A stretch of 38,774 nucleotides of DNA from an uncultured Aminicenantes bacterium (GTDB lineage Bacteria; Acidobacteriota; Aminicenantia; UBA2199), in the NCBI GenBank assembly GCA_965195285.1, contig CBDAFS010000022.1:1-38774 (forward strand). Reading direction: 5' to 3'. Below are positions 1-7,214 of this stretch, piece by piece. Position 1 is the stretch's first letter. Every line of letters starts with the position of its first letter. Both the position numbers and the translations under genes were made by a program. The notes beneath the pieces are model-generated. The model saw only the letters and a list, made by a program, of their open reading frames with translations, did not search any database and was not told the DNA's origin.

Positions 1-31
1 CCCATTTTCGTTTGAAAAGTGAAATACTTAA

Positions 32-60
32 TTGCCATTTTTCTCTCAAAATGATATAAA
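32..60 (+). promoter_or_regulatory. sigma70-type promoter of the RM gene, probably leaderless
   Basis: TTGCCA (32-37), 17-nt spacer, TGn extended -10, TATAAA (55-60); ATG at 68 follows after 7 nt. Confidence 0.55.
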
Positions 61-67
61 GAAACCA

Positions 68-3000
68 ATGATTCAATCAGGGATTAGAGAGTATTTAAAA
101 GAAATTCATCAATCCTTTTCAAAGGGAGATGCCCGGGAAGAAAGTTTTTACGATTCTTTAAAAAAACTGATAAAAACCACTGCCGAGCATCTAAGTAAAA
201 CCGGAATTACCGTTACTATAAATCCAAAAAAAACTGAAGGTGGAAATCCGGATTTCAGGATATGGGATGGTAAATCCCGCATTGTGGGTTATTTAGAGGC
301 CAAAAAACCCGAAACCAATCTGGATGATATCGAACACACCGAACAGATAAAAAGATATAAAGAAATATTTCCCAATTTTATTTTAACCAATTTTTTAGAA
401 TTCCGTTTTTATCGAGACGGAAATCTGGTTGATTCTGTGTTTATCGGAAGAAAGCATACACTGGTCACATTGGGTTCCAAACCGGTTCCGGAAAATGAAG
501 ATAAATTTTCCGAATTATTCGAAAAATATTTTTCTTTCACCTTCCCTCGAAACCTGAATGCCAAAAGGTTAGCGAAAGAATTAGCCAAACGAACTCGGTT
601 TTTAAGAGACCAGGTGATAATTGAAGAGATTAAAGAAACCTCTGATGACTCACATCATTATCTACAAGGTTTTTATGAGGCCTTTAAAACCTATTTAATA
701 TTAGGATTAACCGAAGAGGATTTTGCAGATCTATACTCACAGACCTTAACCTATGGACTATTCGCAGCTCGAACACGATGCAAAGAGGAATTCAACCGTA
801 GAAATGCCGTGCTTTATATTCCTCCGACTGTTGGCATACTCCATGATGTCTTTGAATTCATTTCTATTGGAAAACCATCAAGACAACTCGAATGGATAAT
901 TGATGACATAGCCGAAGTGTTAGCCTCTGTAAATGTCAGCCTGATATTGAACGAATTTTTTCAATATGGCAAGGGTGATGACCCGATTGTTCATTTTTAT
1001 GAAACATTTTTAAGTGAATACGATCCCAAAATCAGGGGAAAAAGAGGAGTTTATTATACACCTGCGCCCGTGGTCTCCTTTATTGTAAGGTCTTTGAATA
1101 TTATTCTAAAGAGTCATTTTAATAAACCGGATGGTCTGGCAGACCTTAACATAAAAATTCTTGACCCGGCCGCCGGAACCTTAACCTTCATTGCAGAGGC
1201 TGCAAGATTAGCACTGGAAGAATATGTGAAAAAATACGGAAAGGGCGTGAAGGAAGATTTTGTCCGGAATCATCTGTTAAAAAATTTCTATGCCTTTGAA
1301 CTGATGATGGCACCCTATGCGGTTGGACATTTGAAAATGTCCTATGTGTTTCAAGAGATGGGATATCAGTTAAAAAATGAAGATCGGTTCAATCTCTATC
1401 TGACAAACACCCTGGAGATGCAGTATATTGAACAAAGTCACTTACCCGGTATGGCAACATTGTCTAAAGAATCATATCTTGCTGGAAAAATAAAAAAAGA
1501 AACCCCGATTTTGGTCATCTTAGGCAACCCTCCCTATTCAGGACACTCTGCAAATCTAAGTGAAAAATTTGTAATTAAAATAAAAAACAAAAAGGAAATA
1601 AAAAAGAAAATTAAAACTTGGATAGGAGAGCAGATAGAATTCTATAAAAAAATAGATGGTAAACCTTTAGGAGAAAAAAATCCCAAATGGTTGCAGGATG
1701 ATTATGTTAAATTCATTCGCTTTAGCCAATGGAAAATAGATCAGAAAGGAGAAGGCGTCCTTGGATTTATAACCAATCACAGTTATCTGGATAATCCCAC
1801 CTTCAGGGGAATGAGACAATCATTAATGAAAAGTTTTAATGAAATATATATCCTTGATTTGCATGGTAATACCCTGAAAAAAGAAAAATGCCCGGATGGT
1901 TCCAAGGACGAAAATGTGTTTGATATCAGACAAGGAGTCTCCATTGCATTATTCATAAAGAAAAAAGACATAAAACAGGACTGCAAAGTTTATCACTCAG
2001 AACTCTGGGGGTTGAGAGATGAAAAACATGAACAATTAGCTAATAATGATTTCAAAACCATAAAATGGCAAAAAATAAACCCAAAATCAGAATTCTATCT
2101 ATTCATACCCAGAGATGAAAAGTTAGAAGAAACTTATCTAAAATATTTTCAAATCAAAGATATATTTCCACTCAATGGCGTAGGGATGACTACTGCAAGA
2201 GATGGCTTTGTAGTAGATAAGGATAAAAATAAATTATTAAAACGTATACTACTCTTCAAAAATAATGAAGGATCAGATGATGAACTTCATCAAACATTTA
2301 ATATAAATAAAAAGAAAGGATGGAGTATCAGAAAAGCATGGAATATGCTTCAATCTTTAAATGATTCTGAAATTGAAAATCTGATTACTCCGGTTTTATA
2401 TCGTCCTTTTGATATTCAATGGATTTTTTACCATGATTCCGTTGTTTGGAGAACTGTAAAGAAAGTTATGTCACATATGTTAAATGGAAATATTGGATTA
2501 ATATCAACTAGATTTGTATTTAAAAAGAAAGAAGGTTTTCAACATGTTTTCATTACACAAAAAATAATAGACATTAATCAAATTCATTCACCAGGCACAG
2601 CTCAGCTTTTTCCCCTTTTTCTATATGATATAAATAATAAAAACTTATTTAATCATCAAGAAAAGTCTGAAACAAAACAACCAAACATAAATCCTGATAT
2701 TTTAAATATAATAAGAAATTGTTTTAAAAATCAAAATCCTACTCCGGAACAGATTTTTTATTATATTTATGCGGTTTTGTATTCCAATATCTACCGGGAA
2801 AAGTATGCCGAATTTTTAAAGATTGATTTTCCCCGGATTCCCTTTACCAGGGATTATGATTTGTTCATCAAATTGGGAAAATTGGGTCAGGAAATTGCAG
2901 ATATTCATTTAATGAAATCACCTCAATTAAATAAAACCTTTTCCCGTTTTGAAGTTTCCGGAGATAATGTAGTTAAAAAGGTCGAATATGTTCCTGTAGG

Positions 3001-3292
3001 GGCCGGCCTTGCGCCTGCCCGGAAAAAAAATTCAAAAACAAATGGAAATGTTTTTATCAACAACACCCAGTATTTTTCCAACATTGATAACCAAATCTGG
3101 GAATATCAGATCGGCGGTTACCAGGTCATGCACAAATGGCTGAAAGATCGAAAAGGCAGAACTCTCACCCTGGAAGACATCCAGCACTACATCAAAATAG
3201 CCAGAGCTCTTCAGTTAACAATCGAATATCAGACAAAAATTGATAAATTGTACCCAAAAGTTGAAAAGAATTTGGTTGATTTTGATAAATAA
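68..3292 (+). CDS. Single-chain Type IIG-like restriction endonuclease / N6-adenine methyltransferase with Type ISP-like C-terminal specificity region and no helicase
   Basis: N-terminal PD-(D/E)xK motif (NPDFRIW...YLEAKK); FYETFL..YDPK.R.KRGVYYTP; motif I ILDPAAGT; catalytic GNPPY (~1523-1537); C-terminal FPRIP and WEYQIGGYQV..KWLKDR. ATG 68 preferred over TTG 32, which lies in the -35 box. Confidence 0.9.
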   Translation: MIQSGIREYLKEIHQSFSKGDAREESFYDSLKKLIKTTAEHLSKTGITVTINPKKTEGGNPDFRIWDGKSRIVGYLEAKKPETNLDDIEHTEQIKRYKEIFPNFILTNFLEFRFYRDGNLVDSVFIGRKHTLVTLGSKPVPENEDKFSELFEKYFSFTFPRNLNAKRLAKELAKRTRFLRDQVIIEEIKETSDDSHHYLQGFYEAFKTYLILGLTEEDFADLYSQTLTYGLFAARTRCKEEFNRRNAVLYIPPTVGILHDVFEFISIGKPSRQLEWIIDDIAEVLASVNVSLILNEFFQYGKGDDPIVHFYETFLSEYDPKIRGKRGVYYTPAPVVSFIVRSLNIILKSHFNKPDGLADLNIKILDPAAGTLTFIAEAARLALEEYVKKYGKGVKEDFVRNHLLKNFYAFELMMAPYAVGHLKMSYVFQEMGYQLKNEDRFNLYLTNTLEMQYIEQSHLPGMATLSKESYLAGKIKKETPILVILGNPPYSGHSANLSEKFVIKIKNKKEIKKKIKTWIGEQIEFYKKIDGKPLGEKNPKWLQDDYVKFIRFSQWKIDQKGEGVLGFITNHSYLDNPTFRGMRQSLMKSFNEIYILDLHGNTLKKEKCPDGSKDENVFDIRQGVSIALFIKKKDIKQDCKVYHSELWGLRDEKHEQLANNDFKTIKWQKINPKSEFYLFIPRDEKLEETYLKYFQIKDIFPLNGVGMTTARDGFVVDKDKNKLLKRILLFKNNEGSDDELHQTFNINKKKGWSIRKAWNMLQSLNDSEIENLITPVLYRPFDIQWIFYHDSVVWRTVKKVMSHMLNGNIGLISTRFVFKKKEGFQHVFITQKIIDINQIHSPGTAQLFPLFLYDINNKNLFNHQEKSETKQPNINPDILNIIRNCFKNQNPTPEQIFYYIYAVLYSNIYREKYAEFLKIDFPRIPFTRDYDLFIKLGKLGQEIADIHLMKSPQLNKTFSRFEVSGDNVVKKVEYVPVGAGLAPARKKNSKTNGNVFINNTQYFSNIDNQIWEYQIGGYQVMHKWLKDRKGRTLTLEDIQHYIKIARALQLTIEYQTKIDKLYPKVEKNLVDFDK
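2996..3020 (+). repeat. GTAG-family REP-like palindrome lying in frame inside the RM gene
   Basis: GTAGGGGCCGGCCTTGCGCCTGCCC: GTAG tetranucleotide followed by an imperfect GC-rich hairpin (GGGC-C-GGC / GCC-T-GCCC) in AT-rich coding context. Confidence 0.6.
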
Positions 3293-3862
3293 ATGGAAAA
3301 ACGGAAGGTTTCATTTGAAGAAGGCGGGATATATTTATCAACTTGGGGAAATCCAAACATTCTAAGACATCATATTTACTATTTTGAAAAGAAAATTCCA
3401 GAAGAAATCAATAAAATAAAAATGTTACCAACTCCATCTATCACAGACTGTCCAAATTTTGCTGCCTGGATTCGATTGTTTACTGAGTTTAGCTGTAACA
3501 AAATGTATTACAATTATCATCGATTCACAGGAGAAGATTGGGGGGAAATTATTAAATGGGGATTTGAAGATGTGAAGAAAGAAATTAAGGGAATTATTCA
3601 AAACAATAAATATATAGAAGAAAAACCAGAGATCAAACTTGAAGATTTGGAAGAAGCAATTGAATCTATTATCCAATTGAGACATTGTTTTCAACATGGA
3701 GGTGTACCAAATATTTTAAGGAAAATTGATAATAAAAAAATGGAATTAATTGGGAGCATGCTAAATCCAAGAAAGTATAAAGAAACAAAACTGATATTTG
3801 AAAAAGCAGAATTATTCTCTGAATTATTACCCAAACCATCCATTAATGTTAATTCTGAATAA
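3293..3862 (+). CDS. Putative HEPN-domain RNase (defence effector), 189 aa
   Basis: Helical-looking protein with LRHCFQHGG, i.e. R130-x4-H135 (3680-3697); ATG directly follows the RM stop codon (TAA-ATG). Confidence 0.6.
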   Translation: MEKRKVSFEEGGIYLSTWGNPNILRHHIYYFEKKIPEEINKIKMLPTPSITDCPNFAAWIRLFTEFSCNKMYYNYHRFTGEDWGEIIKWGFEDVKKEIKGIIQNNKYIEEKPEIKLEDLEEAIESIIQLRHCFQHGGVPNILRKIDNKKMELIGSMLNPRKYKETKLIFEKAELFSELLPKPSINVNSE

Positions 3863-3952
3863 AATCCATCCGATTACATAATCTTTTTCAATTATGTCAG
3901 GTCTTAAATTTAACACATCAGAAAGTTCAAGAATTTCAATCTTATCAATCAT
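3827..3952 (-). pseudogene. abiEii: Truncated AbiEii (type IV TA nucleotidyltransferase toxin) N-terminal remnant
   Basis: Translated by hand: MIDKIEILELSDVLNLRPDIIEKDYVIGWILFRININGWFG*. The IEKDY..GW.L motif is typical of AbiEii N-termini; ATG overlaps the abiEi stop (ATGATTGA); no NTase core follows. Confidence 0.8.
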
Positions 3953-4760
3953 TGTTTAAACCTTTTAACCATGATTCAGGAACCCAAAGTTTCCATTTGG
4001 TAACCAATCGGGTTGTTTTTAGATCTGGATCCAGTTTGGAATTTCCTTTACTAAGCCTCGAAAGACATTTTCTTAAAATATCTTTTTCATCCGGTTCGGT
4101 TTTCTCTATAAGAAATCCAAATCTTTTAAACACAGTTCTATTTTCCAAACGGTCAGCATAATCTATAAAAAGATTTAAATTTCTGTATTTTGATTTTAAA
4201 TAAACCTTAAGAATATCATTTACTGGCCTAATACCACCTCCCAATTTTGGATCATTGAGCATATCCACAATTGTCCTTGTTGGATCTGATACTTGAATTT
4301 TATTTTTCCCTCTCCATATTATTTTGGTCCCAAAAAGAAATTTTGAGTAAGTAGACTTCAAATAGAAATCAATTCCTGCAATCTTAAGCTTCCTTTTCTT
4401 CAACTTTTTAGAAGTAATTACAACTATTGATTTAAAAATCTGTTCAGTTAAATCCCAATACTCAGCAGCACTCCACCCTCCAATATAACAGGGATTAAAT
4501 ATAGTATTTGCGATAATCCAAGGATCTTCAACAGCAATTTCCCCTGATAAAGAATCCAAAGGGATCGGAACATAGAGCCCACGCTGGACCCGATAAAGCC
4601 AGCCCTGTTTAGCCCATCTAGCAAGAAGTATTGCTGACTCTTTGGGAGAAAGTTTCAAGATATTCGCTGTCTGTTCTACTGATACAGTCCCGTTTGTTTT
4701 TCTTAACAATAGCGACAGTCTTCCTCTCGATTTCTTTCCTAAGCCATTAAGTTCGTTCAT
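3945..4760 (-). CDS. abiEi: Type IV toxin-antitoxin AbiEi-family antitoxin / transcriptional regulator
   Basis: N-terminal wHTH with GWLYRVQRGLY; CYIGGWSAAEYWDLTEQ; VSDPTRTIVD; KRFGFL. ATG 4760 chosen. Confidence 0.88.
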   Translation of the reverse strand: MNELNGLGKKSRGRLSLLLRKTNGTVSVEQTANILKLSPKESAILLARWAKQGWLYRVQRGLYVPIPLDSLSGEIAVEDPWIIANTIFNPCYIGGWSAAEYWDLTEQIFKSIVVITSKKLKKRKLKIAGIDFYLKSTYSKFLFGTKIIWRGKNKIQVSDPTRTIVDMLNDPKLGGGIRPVNDILKVYLKSKYRNLNLFIDYADRLENRTVFKRFGFLIEKTEPDEKDILRKCLSRLSKGNSKLDPDLKTTRLVTKWKLWVPESWLKGLNND

Positions 4761-4798
4761 AGTACATTCATTATGCCACAATTTACTTCTCTTGTAAA
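4761..4798 (-). promoter_or_regulatory. abiEi promoter with possible autorepression inverted repeat
   Basis: TTTACA (4798-4793), 17 nt, TGn-CATAAT (4775-4770); imperfect inverted repeat AGTACATT (4761-4768) / AATTTACT (4780-4787) flanks the -10. Confidence 0.5.
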
Positions 4799-4859
4799 CT
4801 ATATCACTTTAAATATACTATTGTGTTGAAATCAAAGAAAATTCTGAATGAAATCCAAT

Positions 4860-4898
4860 AAAAAAAAGCCGCTGATTTGCTACGCTGGCTCAGCGGCT
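4860..4898 (-). terminator. Intrinsic terminator
   Basis: 9-bp perfect stem AGCCGCTGA/TCAGCGGCT, 14-nt loop, U-tract on the minus strand (A run 4860-4867). Confidence 0.8.
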
Positions 4899-4935
4899 GA
4901 AACCTCTGTAGATTCCCTACCATAGGTAAAAAACA
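4860..4935 (-). ncRNA. Candidate ~75-nt two-hairpin small RNA or leader
   Basis: TTGACA (4969-4964)-N17-TATACA (4946-4941), then hairpin ACCT-ATG-GTAG-GGAAT-CTAC-AG-AGGT (4927-4902), then the terminator hairpin. Confidence 0.35.
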
Positions 4936-5071
4936 TAATATGTATAGTATCTTCTCAACAAAATGTCAACTTAATTTCCAAACCCAAATTTCTCATATCA
5001 GCGGTCGGATCTTATGTTTTTTATGAACTTTCAGGACATAGGTATTTTCATCGAAAATATATTCACTGGAC

Positions 5072-7084
5072 TCAATCAATGTAACCCAGGGACTTCAGAT
5101 TGTGGCGGATATCCCGGGGCAATTTCTTCAAATCAATGTGCTGGGATTCTCTTTCCAGATTATCATATCCAATCAGCCAGGACAGTACCTTGGCTTTGAA
5201 AAATGTAGCCACATCCGGATATTGAAGCAACACATCGGTCAGGGGATCCTCCTTCAAATGATAAAGCTCTTCTTGATTGTATACCGTATTGATAATATAG
5301 TACCAGTCTCTCCAGCGGATACTATAGGCGGGCCGGTCAGTGAAAGTGGTTGAAAAGGCAAAAGTATCGTCTATGTCGTTTTTTTCTATTGATTCCATCA
5401 GGCTCTGCCCGTCAAACTGTCCCTTTTGACCGAACATTCGCGAAAAGGTGGGAAAAATATCAGCCAGCTGAACCACCCGCTTGACCCGTCCCTTCAAATT
5501 CATCTTACTGGGGAATTTGACAATCAGGGGAACCCGGCTGGCCTCATCGTAGACATTCAATCCGTGACCGAAACATCCATGTTCATACAGGGCTTCCCCG
5601 TGATCAGAGGTAAAGATGATCAATGAGGAATCATACAGTCCTCTCTTTTTCAAACACCCGATGTATTTACCCACTTCCGCATCTACAAAGCGGATAGTGG
5701 AATCATAATCATCGGTAATATCCTGGATCTCATCTGGAGTGAATCGATGTCCTTTTCCCTCGAGTTCTCGGATCCGGTACAACAGCCGCCTCCCCTCCTG
5801 TTGTTTTTTGTTTTTCTTAAACATATCCAGATATGGAGGCGGAGGAAGAAGGGGAAGATGAGGCGCTCTGAAATGAATATAAGAAAAAAGCGGTGAACTT
5901 TTTTTTATCCAGCTACAGAATTTCCTCAACATTTCACCCTCTTTGTAGTTGGGATGATCACGCATCCAGCTAAAACAACTGTAGTGGTCCATTCCCTGGG
6001 AAAAACCAAAAACTTCGGCAATATTGGCTGCTTCGGTAAACAGGGAAGTTTTATATTTAAGTATTTTGAAAAATTCAGCCATCAGGAAAAGATCATTGGG
6101 CAGCTTGTTGGTCAGGATCCGCAGTTTATGTCGCTGGGGAAAATAACCGGTAAATAGGGTGGCCACACTGGACCGGGTAAAAGTGGCATTGGCATAGGCA
6201 TTATCAAATACCACCCCGTCCCTGGCCAACTCATCAACAGTTTGGGAAGTGTCACGGTGATAGCCGTAGGTTTTCAGGTGAGCGGCCTGACAGCCATCGA
6301 TCAAAAAAATAAAAACATCCGGTTTTTCACTGAAAGTAAAGTGTCCTTCTGTCTGTCCCTCTTTCTTTTTCGGTTGATACTGATAATCCATCACCTGAAA
6401 ATGGCCGGACAGGCAGGAACATTTCAGAAAACCCAAGGTCTGGAATCGAAATTCATGAATTTTGGTTCCAGAGAGAAATCCCGATGTGATTGTCTTTTCA
6501 ACAACCTGTTTTTCCCCTTTTATGAACTCAACCTTTCTAATCAGGAGTTTTCCCTTTCCCTTTACCGATATCCGGCCGTGACCGCTTTCAAAAAACATGG
6601 CCAATTCTTCACCCTGGGGAAGGTGATAATCGGAAGATGGCGCCTGTTGATCAATCACCATGGTTTTGATCTTAAAGGCCTTTTTCTTCATCTTGCGGAA
6701 TTCAATAAAATTAAACCCTTTATTGGCCTTGACCCGGACCCTGAAATTGACCCACTTGTTGGTCGGGGGTAAATGATCCACCATCTTTTTATTGAAAAAT
6801 AGTTTGACCGGCTCACCTTTGGATGAATATTCAATCATGAGATCTTTTTCTTCTGCCTGTTCACGCCATATGATGAACATGCCTCTCCTGCCTACAGAGA
6901 GGAAGAAATTATCTTCAACCGAAAATCCGCTCCAGAGGTTTCGGGTACCGGAAACCGGGGAAATCTCATGCTGACTGTTTTTCCAGACAAATACCGGTGA
7001 GAATTCTTTGAATTCGGGGCCCTTACCGCACCCTGCCAGAAAAAATACAATCAATATAAACGCAAAAAGTGTCTTGTTTTTCAT
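5072..7084 (-). CDS. Lipoprotein sulfatase-like hydrolase/transferase (alkaline phosphatase superfamily), Thr at nucleophile position
   Basis: Lipobox FFLAGC; IFLIDG..AAHL..YGY; FTRSSVATLFTG; YIHF.APH; TSDHGE...HG; ELY.L..DP; LKSLGYI C-terminus. Start moved to MKNKTLF. Confidence 0.85.
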   Translation of the reverse strand: MKNKTLFAFILIVFFLAGCGKGPEFKEFSPVFVWKNSQHEISPVSGTRNLWSGFSVEDNFFLSVGRRGMFIIWREQAEEKDLMIEYSSKGEPVKLFFNKKMVDHLPPTNKWVNFRVRVKANKGFNFIEFRKMKKKAFKIKTMVIDQQAPSSDYHLPQGEELAMFFESGHGRISVKGKGKLLIRKVEFIKGEKQVVEKTITSGFLSGTKIHEFRFQTLGFLKCSCLSGHFQVMDYQYQPKKKEGQTEGHFTFSEKPDVFIFLIDGCQAAHLKTYGYHRDTSQTVDELARDGVVFDNAYANATFTRSSVATLFTGYFPQRHKLRILTNKLPNDLFLMAEFFKILKYKTSLFTEAANIAEVFGFSQGMDHYSCFSWMRDHPNYKEGEMLRKFCSWIKKSSPLFSYIHFRAPHLPLLPPPPYLDMFKKNKKQQEGRRLLYRIRELEGKGHRFTPDEIQDITDDYDSTIRFVDAEVGKYIGCLKKRGLYDSSLIIFTSDHGEALYEHGCFGHGLNVYDEASRVPLIVKFPSKMNLKGRVKRVVQLADIFPTFSRMFGQKGQFDGQSLMESIEKNDIDDTFAFSTTFTDRPAYSIRWRDWYYIINTVYNQEELYHLKEDPLTDVLLQYPDVATFFKAKVLSWLIGYDNLERESQHIDLKKLPRDIRHNLKSLGYID

Positions 7085-7090
7085 GGGTTC

Positions 7091-7197
7091 ATCATAAACC
7101 ATAGGCCCACCAAAATGCAAGGATAAATAGCAAAAAAACAAACCCGGAATCAGACCATTCAGCCTGGCTTGATAAATATTTATTTTTTTCCTATAAT
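7091..7197. promoter_or_regulatory. Back-to-back sigma70 promoters for the sulfatase-like gene (-) and GT-C gene (+)
   Basis: Minus: TTGCAT (7120-7115)-N18-TATGAT (7096-7091). Plus: TTGATA (7169-7174)-N17-TATAAT (7192-7197). Confidence 0.6.
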
Positions 7198-7214
7198 TCA
7201 ATCCCAAAATACCC

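Noticed and set aside
3023-3030. A8 tract in the RM gene as a phase-variation switch
   Set aside because: Runs of this length are common throughout the window and the frame is intact
3855-3900. Integron attC site after the HEPN gene
   Set aside because: No RYYYAAC...GTTRRRY structure; the sequence is explained by the abiEii stub
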